Of a stretch of DNA of 64,000 nt, positions 1-9,472 are shown one piece after another (position 1 is the stretch's first letter; every line of letters begins with the position of its first letter). The stretch covers positions 13,734 through 77,733 of the IMG/VR virus record IMGVR_UViG_3300020731_000774; one strand, 5' to 3'. The position numbers and the translations under genes were made by a program. The notes beneath the pieces are model-generated. The model saw only the letters and a list, made by a program, of their open reading frames with translations. It made no database searches and was not told the DNA's origin. This stretch comes from a virus.

Positions 1-156
1 CAAATCATTAGTTAATATCTCATATTCATTTGATTTATTTCTACCATCAAATACATCAAATACACGAATTTTACATCTACCTAGCTTTTTAGGATCTTTA
101 TTATCTTCTACTACACCTATATAGGTTTTACCGGTTTCAATTACTACTCTTGCCAT
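1..156 (-). CDS. Baseplate spike/hub protein, T4 gp5-like N-terminal OB fold (partial, runs off window)
   Basis: ATG at 156 gives MARVVIETGKTYIGVVEDNKDPKKLGRCKIRVF; the GVVEDNxDP-x2-LGR-x-KIRV pattern is typical of the gp5/VgrG OB fold. Confidence 0.8.
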   Translation of the reverse strand, partial: MARVVIETGKTYIGVVEDNKDPKKLGRCKIRVFDVFDGRNKSNEYEILTNDL

Positions 157-196
157 TTCTCTATATATTATATATGGGTTTTCTAGTTAAAGTTTA

Positions 197-2296
197 TTAA
201 TTTCCTTTACCATATTTTTTAACTATATCATTTAATGTGTTCTTGACATAATTAGCATTGGTATTAGCAACACCAGGAATTGAACTATATTTTTGAAGTA
301 TTGCACTTAATGGATTTGCACTAGGTTTCATTGGATTGTTATATGGATTTATAACATTATTAAACCCTGCTAAAGCACTTGCAACATCTTCACCAACAAA
401 ATTGAATAATTGATTTCTAACATCAAAATATATACCGAAACTAATAGGTGAATATGGCTTTGGGTATACATTTTTATCACCACTTATTCCTGTGCTACCT
501 AATCCAATTGCATTTTTAATTTTAGCAATTGTATTATTTAATAGCTGAACTCTTGTGCTTATTTGTTGATTTACTTCTCTTATTGCAAAATTGGCTACAT
601 TTTTAGCAGCATTTTTAGCAACTTTCTTAGCATTATTTTTCAAATTATCAAGAGCACTTGGTGTACTTGGAGTGGTTTTTGTTTGAGTTCCGTATAAATT
701 ATCATTAACAAGAGGTGTTTGTGTTGCTTGATTATCAACACCTGCTGGATTAATTGGATTATCACTAGATGTGCTTTGTAATATAACAGGATTTACCTCA
801 CCATTTTTATTATACACATCAGTAGTTTGCACAGTATGGAATAATGGATTTGGTGTACTTGTTTTTGATGCTCTTGCACCACTATTTCCTATTTTCCAAA
901 GAGAACCATTATTATAACCAACATATTGGCCAAATAATGGGGTTGTATTTTTATCACTACTTACTTCATTTTTAGATGGTACCCATTTTTCAAATTTAGT
1001 AGTTACATATTTATAATCAAATGTTACTTCATATGCACCTAAACCATCACCATATGCTTTAATATTACCCATATCTATTGAATCTTCATGTGGCATTTTA
1101 TCAAAATAGAACTGACATTCTTTTAAAGAATAAATGTATCTAGATACATTATCTTTTATAATTTCCAATGAGCTATCTGTATTATTGAAACTAACACTTT
1201 TTCTAACTCTGTTAAAATTTCTACATTCTGATACAATAATATCACAATTAAATCTAAGTAAATTTTCAGGGATCATACCTTTACCCAAAGGTTTTGACCA
1301 GTAAAGCAATTTATATAGATGTGCTAATGTTCCCATAGTTGATGATACATCCTCTGCAAATGATATTTTAATAACATCTTTACCATAATCAACTAAATAT
1401 TTATTACTATCTGGTTTATTAGATTCTGATAAATTATGCAATCCTTCTATTTTTTGTAAGTAATGTGATAAATATGCCTTTTTACCAAAATATTTTATAA
1501 GTGAGTTATTTGGGCTATTTGCTGAATCGTATAAAGGGTTACTATCTATGAATGGTACACTCATAAATTTACCATTGTTTTTATTAACAACACTATCTAA
1601 TAAAGTTGGTTCGGTATTTGTTGAAACAGTTCCCTTTGTTTTGAATAATTTAATAAATTGATTTTTGAAATCATAGTAAATAGTATTTCTTACTTGTAAT
1701 TCTGATACATCTGGATATAGTTTTAAAAAATCGTCTATAGATCCATTTAATAATGGTGAGGATACAGCATCTATTATTATTTCAAACCCATATACTATTG
1801 GATCTTGATTTTCATAATCAGAACCTTTAAAACTAGATAACCTAGCATTATTTAATCCAGCACCACCATCTGTAACATCACCAAATGGTGTTTTACCTGC
1901 TATATGTTGATCATGTAAAAAATAATCGGTGCTTGTATCATTAAATCTTAATAATGTATCTCTTTTGCTTAATATAGCACCACTATATGTACCAGAAGCT
2001 AATCCTTTACCATCAGTTCCTGTTTTTATATTGAAGTCGAACCTATCACTAGTACTTAAACTAATTAAGTTATTTTTTATTAAATTACCTATCCATCCAT
2101 TTGGTGCTATACTACTAGCAGTTGTTGATAAATATAGATAGTTTGGTGTAAAACCTGGTGTAAAATCAGGCAATGGTGGATTGGGTCTTAAATTATTCCC
2201 ATTACTTTTTTGATAACCAGAAGTATTATTTAGTAGTTGACTACCACCATCTTTACCATTTGGGTCTTTAAACCATTTAAATTCATCATTTGCCAT
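197..2296 (-). CDS. Putative baseplate/tail-tube-associated structural protein
   Basis: 699-aa ORF, TTAATATATA motif 4 nt upstream, baseplate gene context; no catalytic motif recognised. Confidence 0.45.
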   Translation of the reverse strand: MANDEFKWFKDPNGKDGGSQLLNNTSGYQKSNGNNLRPNPPLPDFTPGFTPNYLYLSTTASSIAPNGWIGNLIKNNLISLSTSDRFDFNIKTGTDGKGLASGTYSGAILSKRDTLLRFNDTSTDYFLHDQHIAGKTPFGDVTDGGAGLNNARLSSFKGSDYENQDPIVYGFEIIIDAVSSPLLNGSIDDFLKLYPDVSELQVRNTIYYDFKNQFIKLFKTKGTVSTNTEPTLLDSVVNKNNGKFMSVPFIDSNPLYDSANSPNNSLIKYFGKKAYLSHYLQKIEGLHNLSESNKPDSNKYLVDYGKDVIKISFAEDVSSTMGTLAHLYKLLYWSKPLGKGMIPENLLRFNCDIIVSECRNFNRVRKSVSFNNTDSSLEIIKDNVSRYIYSLKECQFYFDKMPHEDSIDMGNIKAYGDGLGAYEVTFDYKYVTTKFEKWVPSKNEVSSDKNTTPLFGQYVGYNNGSLWKIGNSGARASKTSTPNPLFHTVQTTDVYNKNGEVNPVILQSTSSDNPINPAGVDNQATQTPLVNDNLYGTQTKTTPSTPSALDNLKNNAKKVAKNAAKNVANFAIREVNQQISTRVQLLNNTIAKIKNAIGLGSTGISGDKNVYPKPYSPISFGIYFDVRNQLFNFVGEDVASALAGFNNVINPYNNPMKPSANPLSAILQKYSSIPGVANTNANYVKNTLNDIVKKYGKGN

Positions 2297-2311
2297 ATCT
2301 TATATATTAAT

Positions 2312-3337
2312 TTATACTATCGTTGTATTATAATAATCAGGTATAAAGATTGGTTTTTTACCAGAATAACCAATCCTAGCATTTATTAAACTAATACACA
2401 TCATTTTAACGGTTGTTTTAACATTTGATGGGTTTGGTCCAACACCACCAAAATAACCAGTATTACCAGAACCAGTATTCACGTTACCAACAATTTTGTT
2501 ATTCTTTAATAATATTGTTGGTAGTGATGCATAAAATTGGGATAGAGCTTGTACAGTATTAGTTAAATCATTACTACTACCACTATTTAATCCTTTTATA
2601 TAATTTTTAATTGAATTACTAGCTTTAAATAGTAAAAATTCAATGAATTGTTCTTGTGTTTTTTGATCAAATAATACATTATCACTTAATCCTAACTTAC
2701 CTTGAACACTAGCTAATGTTTTGGGTATGAATTGATACTTACCAACAGCAAACATTTCTCGTGTAGCTTGTTTACTTTTAATAAATCCGATTGATTGTGT
2801 TGATGGTTTTAAAGTATATGACACACCTTTTAAACCACTTACCCCTATATTATAGATGTCATAATTACCACGACTTTCATATTTTGCAATCAATTCCTTA
2901 AGATCATATAGACCTCTTGAACCACTATAAGTTCCTTGTATAAGTTGTGTATTTTCTAAATAGATAGAATTCTCTACTAGTGGTGTTGTGTCCATATCTA
3001 TTTGAATATCATCATTTGGTAATCCGGAATATGGTGTTTCTATGTATTCACTTGATAAATCATTTGAACCATCATCTAAATATGGGTTTAATATTTTCAA
3101 AATTTCTGGATCATATGGGTCTTCTTGCTTAACTATTGTTAATTCACCTAAATCTATTTTAGTTCCATCAGGTAGAGTTACAAACTTATCATTATTTGAA
3201 CCCATTCCTATAATTGAAAGTGTATTATCTTTTGTTACATCAAATTTAAAATCATCTTGTAATCGAATTGGTTGATATTTACTTGGTAAAGTACTAGTAT
3301 CAACTATAATTGGGTTATTATTTATATTATCAGACAT
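2312..3337 (-). CDS. Virion-associated lysozyme-like muramidase
   Basis: IAKYES..GNY and AVGKYQFIPKTL..FDQKTQE motifs of phage lysozyme-like domains; baseplate context. Confidence 0.7.
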   Translation of the reverse strand: MSDNINNNPIIVDTSTLPSKYQPIRLQDDFKFDVTKDNTLSIIGMGSNNDKFVTLPDGTKIDLGELTIVKQEDPYDPEILKILNPYLDDGSNDLSSEYIETPYSGLPNDDIQIDMDTTPLVENSIYLENTQLIQGTYSGSRGLYDLKELIAKYESRGNYDIYNIGVSGLKGVSYTLKPSTQSIGFIKSKQATREMFAVGKYQFIPKTLASVQGKLGLSDNVLFDQKTQEQFIEFLLFKASNSIKNYIKGLNSGSSNDLTNTVQALSQFYASLPTILLKNNKIVGNVNTGSGNTGYFGGVGPNPSNVKTTVKMMCISLINARIGYSGKKPIFIPDYYNTTIV

Positions 3338-3346
3338 ATTTTATAT

Positions 3347-5209
3347 TTAATTTTTAAGTATTACTGGTGTTGCTGATGGTTCTTGGCTCAATGTTGGTGC
3401 AAATGTACCAACTGATGTTAATTGTGCCACAATTGATTTACCATCATCACTTAAATTTTTAACATATATTAAAAATTCATTGTTATCCTTATCCTTAACT
3501 CTATAAATATCACTAATAGTGTAAATGCTATTTGGTAGTACTGGTGTTGGTGCTGGATTTTCATTTACTTTTGCATTTTTATCAGGATCTTTAGTTTCTA
3601 ATTTTTCATTTGCATTTATTTCAGCTGGTGTTTTACCTAATTCTTTTCTAACTAAGCGAACTTCTTGATAAAAATGTGTACCATCAAATATAAAAGATAT
3701 ATCTGCTATTATCCAATCTCCACTATTTCGCCATTCAATACGTTCACGATTTGTTATTGAATTCTCAGCATTTATTACCTTTACGTTTACCTTTTGGAAT
3801 TTATATAAATTAAAGTTTGTATTTGGTAATATTATTTTTAGTTCTAATTTTTGTAAATCTATTAAATTGCGTCTATTTTGTGTATAAGCATATGTGTAAT
3901 TACTATGTGTATTATCAGTATCTATTTTACCATTATTTTGTGTTGTGTAGCTATTTTCAAAATCTTCCTTATCCATCTTACTACCTTTTAATATGATGGT
4001 TTTATTATCATCAGATGTTTGAGAATCTACATCAAATACCTCAAAAGTTTTATTTAATCTATTATATGATTTTGTTATTGTCCTATTACCAACAGCTTTA
4101 GTGACAGCAGTTGCATTATTTTTTAATTTTTTATCACTTTCAAAATAGAATGCACTTTTATTCATTGATTCTTCATTTATTAATTGTAGTTTAACAATCT
4201 TTGATATATCATCTTTTTGATCTACACCAGTTTCTATACCAACATCAGATGTATTATCTCTTTTACTTTCTTTCTCAACATCAACATAATTAAAACAATA
4301 ATAGAAATCAATATATCCAACCATAAATGATTTATCAGATATATATGAGTAATTTATAATCTCTGTTATAGTCTCAAATGTTTTACTACCATTGAAACGC
4401 CAAACCATAGTATCATTTGTGGAAGTTATATTTGAATTAAAACCAAGACCCATATCTTTACTGATTTGTCTCAAAACTTCAAATGACGATCCTTTCATAC
4501 TACCATTATATAAACGATATAAATTAGATACATCCAATGTACCAATCACATTATACAATCCACCATTTACTTCTTTGAAGTTTTCTACTTTGAATTTTAA
4601 GTGTATAGATTTTAAACTATTTGATCTTGCATTAATAAATAAATCAAATTTAGTATCTGCTTGTGGAGCACCTATTGTTTTAATAAAATTTTGGGAATCA
4701 ACAAAACTAAATCTAACCTTAGGGACTATTCCCTCATGGTATAATTTTAAATTTAAAATATCTCTATCCTGTATAGGATTTCCAGACCAACTAATGAAAG
4801 GCAACATACCAACACTTGATGTAACCAATGTATTTGTTTGATCATTATCATCCTTTTGTATTTGTATTGGTGGTATCTTAATAGTTGGTATGTCAATTTG
4901 TGCTATTATTGGCCTTGTCCCACTTATATTGGTATTATCATCCTTGCCTCTTGATTCATCCTGACCTATTATTGTAGGTGCTGGTGTAACAGTTATTTTA
5001 AATTGTGTTGGTTCAACATCAGGTGAAGTACTTGTAACTGATACTACATAATCACCTGGTTGGTCAAATTGAATACCAGATACTACTACAGCATTAGGTA
5101 TTTTATCACCTATAACTATTTCGGTTTCACCTATTAATTCACCAGGTCCACTTACTTTTTTGAGTATTAGTTTACCGGATATTGTTGATGGATCTATTGT
5201 TGTTGCCAT
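3347..5209 (-). CDS. Putative baseplate hub/tail protein (gp27/GpD-like)
   Basis: 620 aa, late motif upstream, C-terminal SGDWIIADISF..FYQEVRLVRKEL like hub proteins; upstream of lysozyme and gp5. Confidence 0.45.
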   Translation of the reverse strand: MATTIDPSTISGKLILKKVSGPGELIGETEIVIGDKIPNAVVVSGIQFDQPGDYVVSVTSTSPDVEPTQFKITVTPAPTIIGQDESRGKDDNTNISGTRPIIAQIDIPTIKIPPIQIQKDDNDQTNTLVTSSVGMLPFISWSGNPIQDRDILNLKLYHEGIVPKVRFSFVDSQNFIKTIGAPQADTKFDLFINARSNSLKSIHLKFKVENFKEVNGGLYNVIGTLDVSNLYRLYNGSMKGSSFEVLRQISKDMGLGFNSNITSTNDTMVWRFNGSKTFETITEIINYSYISDKSFMVGYIDFYYCFNYVDVEKESKRDNTSDVGIETGVDQKDDISKIVKLQLINEESMNKSAFYFESDKKLKNNATAVTKAVGNRTITKSYNRLNKTFEVFDVDSQTSDDNKTIILKGSKMDKEDFENSYTTQNNGKIDTDNTHSNYTYAYTQNRRNLIDLQKLELKIILPNTNFNLYKFQKVNVKVINAENSITNRERIEWRNSGDWIIADISFIFDGTHFYQEVRLVRKELGKTPAEINANEKLETKDPDKNAKVNENPAPTPVLPNSIYTISDIYRVKDKDNNEFLIYVKNLSDDGKSIVAQLTSVGTFAPTLSQEPSATPVILKN

Positions 5210-5244
5210 AGTATTTTAATTTTAATAATTTATATATTAAAACC

Positions 5245-5433
5245 TTAATTTTCCGATAAGATATTGTTTATTTTTTTATCCCTGAAATCAATAATTATTT
5301 CTTTATTTAAAATATCAACCAAACTAACATCATCATTATTTGATAAAATATTAAAAATGTTTTCACAAGTATAATCAGTTACAATATTTTTATATACTAT
5401 AAAACCATTTTCATTTATAATTAAATCACTCAT
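5245..5433 (-). CDS. Small hypothetical protein with C-terminal RDxKIxxIL motif
   Basis: 62 aa, ATGA overlap with upstream uvsW fragment; ends FRDKKINNILSEN. Confidence 0.55.
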   Translation of the reverse strand: MSDLIINENGFIVYKNIVTDYTCENIFNILSNNDDVSLVDILNKEIIIDFRDKKINNILSEN

Positions 5434-5769
5434 AAATTTAATTTCAATATTTTAAATGGATATTTTCGTTTCACATAAAATCCCTCCCTCTCTTTATAAT
5501 GTCTAAATAGTGCATTGGTCATATCATTCGGATCAAATATATCTACTAAGTCAAAAATAGTTGCTTTATCCTTTAAAAAATGGAGCCTTAAGGACCTCCC
5601 CACACTTTGGATAATTATCTGCTCACTCTTAAATGAATCTGCGAATATTACGTTAAATATTGCATTTATTGACACACCTGTTGATAATGTACCGTCAATA
5701 TGAGGCAACTAAAACTTTAGTTGCCCCTTCTTCTCTAATTTCTTCTCTTTTGTCTATTATTCTAGCCAT
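5430..5769 (-). CDS. uvsW: UvsW-like SF2 helicase, C-terminal fragment (motifs V-VI); needs recoding at 5694-5697
   Basis: ATG 5769 (TAATG overlap with HNH stop) reads MARIIDKREEIREEGATKVLVASY-TGA-C, then GTLSTGVSI...QSVGRSLR in the +1 frame; joined it gives the helicase motif VASYGTLSTG. Confidence 0.8.
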
Positions 5770-6728
5770 TAGTATTTTATTGTTTTTATTATAGAATCTA
5801 ATAAAATATAATTATTTTCATTTAAATGATTTATTGAAACTTTATTATCAGTGTCTCTATATTTTCTTATTAGATGAGTGCTGAATTTATATTTTTTAAC
5901 TATATCCTCCATATTTTCAAAAACTTCAACATCTCCGTTATTTTTTATTATTTCTATTTTTAATCCATTTCGCTTTTTGCGATTTTTCATTTTTTCTAAA
6001 TAATCAGGATCTTCCCATTTCTTCTTTATCTTAATACCGGCATCAATTCTTTTAGTTTCATCTTTGTTTATTTTATCCATTTTTTCTTTAAAGTTTAGTC
6101 GGTATTCTTCATTCATACTATCCCATCTATCTTGTGTTTCTTTTCTTTTCTTTTCAACATTTTCAAAATTAGAATAATATTCGCTCATTTGTTTAGATTT
6201 CTCTATTCGTTTATCTTCGGTCCAATAACTTTTCATTTTATTACAAAAATCTATATACTCATCATCTGATATATTATCCCAAAAAATATTAGCTCTCCTT
6301 GTTTGTTCTTCTTTAGATATATTTTTCATAAACTCAGATCTACTTTTTCTCCAATTATTATATTTCTCTGTATCATTTTTTAAGTTGATCCATCCTTTTT
6401 TAGCAGCATTTGATGTTTCATAACTATTTTTATAATAATTCATCATCCAGTTTAATGGTCTTTGATAAGTTCTTATATTTATCGCTTTAAATAACCAAAG
6501 ATGTACTAAACGATGACTATCATAGTCTAGTTCAATAATATTCCAATATTCGTTTTCAAACTCAGGAAAAGTAGATCTTGGTAATATGTGGTGTTTTTCA
6601 GAATATTCTACACTTTCTGATATTTTATAATTGATTAAAAAGTTAATATATTTATCTAAGTATTCTGAATTATCAACACTTTCATGTCTTTTTATTAAAG
6701 CATCTTTTAAAAAATTATAATCTCTCAT
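5769..6728 (-). mobile_element. Free-standing HNH homing endonuclease inserted in uvsW
   Basis: EKHHILPRS..NIIEL..SHRLVH HNH motif, Trp/Lys-rich repeats, lies between the two helicase halves, TAATATATA 4 nt upstream. Confidence 0.85.
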
Positions 6729-6772
6729 AATGTATATATTATATTAATACTTACTCCTGTTGAAAAAGTATA

Positions 6773-8215
6773 TTATTTTTTTAGTTTTTCTAAAAAATCA
6801 TCATCAATATCATCATCTTTATTAATATCCTTTGCTAATTTATATTTACCATTAGATAATAATATTTGGGTATCTGATTTAACATCTATTTGGAAATTAC
6901 CAAAATTTAGAATTGTATATTCAACACTTTCTTTGGTTATTTCCATTAGTTTTTTAATTTCTTCTCTTTTTTTACCACTTACTTCACCATCTATATAATA
7001 GAACTCTTTATCTGTTATTTCACTTTTCAATTTATTGAATATTTTTTGACCATTTTCAATAGTATGAAAAAGTAGTAGAGTATTATTATTACATTTATTA
7101 ACTAAATTTTTGATAAATTCTAATCTTTTATCAGATTGGTGAATGTATGCTTTTTCAAAATCAAATGCTGCTTTACCATCTCCGCTTTTCCTGACCAATT
7201 TTAATCTTTCATGGAACTCTTTATCATTATGGTTAAGTAATAAAACTTTTATATCCATTGGTGTTATAATTCCTTTCTTTTTTAATTCATCTGCACTAAC
7301 TTCGGTTATTTTCGGACCAAGTACTGATTGTATTGTTAGTATTTCGCAACTATCATCAAGTGGGAATGTTCCAGATACACCAAATCTAGAATAGGCATGT
7401 CCAAATGTATTTTCCAATATTGTTGTTATGGTCTTTGCTTTAGCACCATGTGATTCGTCAACTGCTATTGTATGGAATTGTTGAAAGAATTTTTTAGGCC
7501 ATTTTTCAAGTGATTGATAAGTACCTATATAAATATTTGGGTTATCAGCACCTGAAAACTTTCTTGGTTTATCAGACATAACTTCTTCTATTCGTATAGT
7601 ATTATCTATATTTGATTTATCTTGTAAGTTATTTTCACCATAATAATATTCTAAAAAATTATCATAAAATTGTGTCACTAAGGTAATTGAGGGAACGATT
7701 ACGAGAAATTTAGCATCTTTTTTAATGTTTTTTAGAGTATAAAAAGCAACTATTGATATGATCAATGATTTACCACCAGAAGTAGCAACCTCTGCCATAC
7801 AAAAGCGATTTTTTAATATTTTATATGCTGCTTCAATTTGATGATCATAAGGCATGAATGAATTCCAACCACCTTCTTTATTTTTAACTTTATGATTTTT
7901 AAAAAAATCTTTACAGAAGTCTTGAACTTTTTCAAGTGTTACATCACGATTAATTGGAAAGTCTTCTTTATTTTCTAGAAGAAAAGGCATTTCAATTTCT
8001 TTACATCCTCTCATAGCTTCTTTCCATAGACCTAGATTTATTCTACCATTTTTGAAATGTGGAATATTCCCATCCCATATACCAGCTTTAACTAAAGGAT
8101 GATATTTCCAACCCTTTGGTTTTCTAGTAAGCCAAAGTTCCATTTGGAAATATTCAGTCCTAGTTGCCTCTGATACAACTAGTTCCTCTTTCTCTTTATC
8201 ATATCTAAATTTCAT
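6773..8215 (-). CDS. uvsW: UvsW-like SF2 helicase, N-terminal fragment (motifs I-IV)
   Basis: Q motif PYDHQ, Walker A ATSGGKS, DESH, SGT, LLLFH, YIDGEV; lacks motifs V-VI; ends in a ~50-aa non-helicase tail. Confidence 0.9.
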   Translation of the reverse strand: MKFRYDKEKEELVVSEATRTEYFQMELWLTRKPKGWKYHPLVKAGIWDGNIPHFKNGRINLGLWKEAMRGCKEIEMPFLLENKEDFPINRDVTLEKVQDFCKDFFKNHKVKNKEGGWNSFMPYDHQIEAAYKILKNRFCMAEVATSGGKSLIISIVAFYTLKNIKKDAKFLVIVPSITLVTQFYDNFLEYYYGENNLQDKSNIDNTIRIEEVMSDKPRKFSGADNPNIYIGTYQSLEKWPKKFFQQFHTIAVDESHGAKAKTITTILENTFGHAYSRFGVSGTFPLDDSCEILTIQSVLGPKITEVSADELKKKGIITPMDIKVLLLNHNDKEFHERLKLVRKSGDGKAAFDFEKAYIHQSDKRLEFIKNLVNKCNNNTLLLFHTIENGQKIFNKLKSEITDKEFYYIDGEVSGKKREEIKKLMEITKESVEYTILNFGNFQIDVKSDTQILLSNGKYKLAKDINKDDDIDDDFLEKLKK

Positions 8216-8221
8216 TTCATG

Positions 8222-8248
8222 TTATATATAAAAAATAAATAAATGTTT
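8222..8248 (-). promoter_or_regulatory. Putative middle promoter AAAC-N17-ATATAA (uvsW)
   Basis: Same bipartite motif upstream of polB, clamp, gp47-like and other genes. Confidence 0.55.
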
Positions 8249-8336
8249 ATTTAAATAAAAAAATATTATTTTTTGCTGGTTTTTTATAGAGGGAAGAAGA
8301 AAAAAGATATATATACATAAAAAATATTTAAAAATT

Positions 8337-8699
8337 ATGGGATTTATATCATGGCTTAAAGATCTTTTCAAAAGAGAGCATGAAGTACAAGCAGAAGTTA
8401 AAACTATTGCTGAGGAAGTTAAAACGGTTACAGATGAAGCTAAACCAGTTGTTGAAGATGTAAAAGTAGTTATTGACAAAGTTGAAAAAACTATCAATGA
8501 AGAACCAACTGAAAAAATTGTTGAAAGATTAGTTGAGGTTGCTAAGGATGAAAAAGTTACAGCTAAAGAAATTAAGGCTAAGGCTAAAAGAACTCCTAAA
8601 CCAAAAACTGAAACACCTACTGAGGTTGCACCTGAGGCTAAAACAGCTCCAAAAAAACCACGTAGAAAACCATCACCAAAAAAACCAAAAGGTGAATAA
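8337..8699 (+). CDS. Lys/Glu/Pro-rich low-complexity protein with basic histone-like tail
   Basis: N-terminal amphipathic MGFISWLKDLF, C-terminal APKKPRRKPSPKKPK; followed by a terminator. Confidence 0.65.
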   Translation: MGFISWLKDLFKREHEVQAEVKTIAEEVKTVTDEAKPVVEDVKVVIDKVEKTINEEPTEKIVERLVEVAKDEKVTAKEIKAKAKRTPKPKTETPTEVAPEAKTAPKKPRRKPSPKKPKGE

Positions 8700-8718
8700 T
8701 GTTTGCCAAAACATAAAT

Positions 8719-8750
8719 AAAAAACCACTCAATTTTGAGTGGTTTTTTTT
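8719..8750. terminator. Bidirectional intrinsic terminator
   Basis: AAAAAACCACTCAA-TT-TTGAGTGGTTTTTT between convergent genes. Confidence 0.8.
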
Positions 8751-8756
8751 ATTCTT

Positions 8757-9422
8757 TTATTTTAATCTATAAGATGGATTGAATATGTATATCTCTACTA
8801 CTAAGTTTTCTAATTGAGATAATTCCTCTAAACCATTTAAATTCAACCACTCATCTATATTTGCTTTTTTTGGTGGTTGTCCTAGCAATGATACATTACT
8901 AGGAATATTACGAGTTACGTTATTAACATTTTTATTTTTATATTTATACGTTAATTGTATTTCAAAACCAACATCAATTATCATGAATAATTTACTATAA
9001 ACCCCTTTGAGATCCATTACAAAATCTTTAAAATCCTTGTAATTAAAATCGGTTAATCCAATTTTATATTCACCTGATGTCAATAGAAATTTTTCATATA
9101 AATCATAACTATTATCTATAAATTCCTGAATATAATCTATTACTTCATCTTTAGTTGCATCAATATCAAATGCTTTAAAAAAAGAATTTGCATCTTGTAT
9201 AGTGCTACTTGCTTTTTTGATATAATCTTTGTTTACATTTCTAATAAAATCCACTAAATATTGAATAGTATCTTTAGTAAATAAACTAGGATGTGCTGCT
9301 AAAACACTATCTATTAGTGGTTGTATTCTAATATCCCAAAATTCTTTATTAACTAATGGGCTTCTTTTAAAAGAAGTTTGGTCATACTCATTTGACTCTA
9401 CTATTTTTGAAAATTTTCTCAT
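8757..9422 (-). CDS. Hypothetical late protein (MRKFSKIVES family)
   Basis: N-terminus shared with 20848 and 21594; TTAATATATA 4 nt upstream. Confidence 0.65.
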   Translation of the reverse strand: MRKFSKIVESNEYDQTSFKRSPLVNKEFWDIRIQPLIDSVLAAHPSLFTKDTIQYLVDFIRNVNKDYIKKASSTIQDANSFFKAFDIDATKDEVIDYIQEFIDNSYDLYEKFLLTSGEYKIGLTDFNYKDFKDFVMDLKGVYSKLFMIIDVGFEIQLTYKYKNKNVNNVTRNIPSNVSLLGQPPKKANIDEWLNLNGLEELSQLENLVVEIYIFNPSYRLK

Positions 9423-9441
9423 AATTTATATATTAAAAAAT

Positions 9442-9468
9442 AAAACCACATTTTTTAAATGTGGTTTT
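9442..9468 (-). terminator. Intrinsic terminator
   Basis: AAAACCACATTT..AAATGTGGTTTT inverted repeat after the serA-like gene. Confidence 0.7.
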
Positions 9469-9472
9469 ATTT

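Noticed and set aside
5694-5708. ORF-track start MPHID (TTG 5708) for the helicase C-fragment
   Set aside because: It lies inside the hairpin and loses the VLVASY strand, which is encoded in the other frame from coupled ATG 5769.
5769-6930. Group I intron or canonical split intein around the uvsW HNH
   Set aside because: Only 44 nt of AT-rich non-coding sequence is present, with no room for a ribozyme core; no Cys1/Ser1, TxxH or terminal His-Asn residues.
8222-8772. ORFs 8222-8728(-), 8533-8772(+) and other short antisense ORFs throughout
   Set aside because: They overlap better-supported genes with promoters and terminators, and have shadow-type composition.
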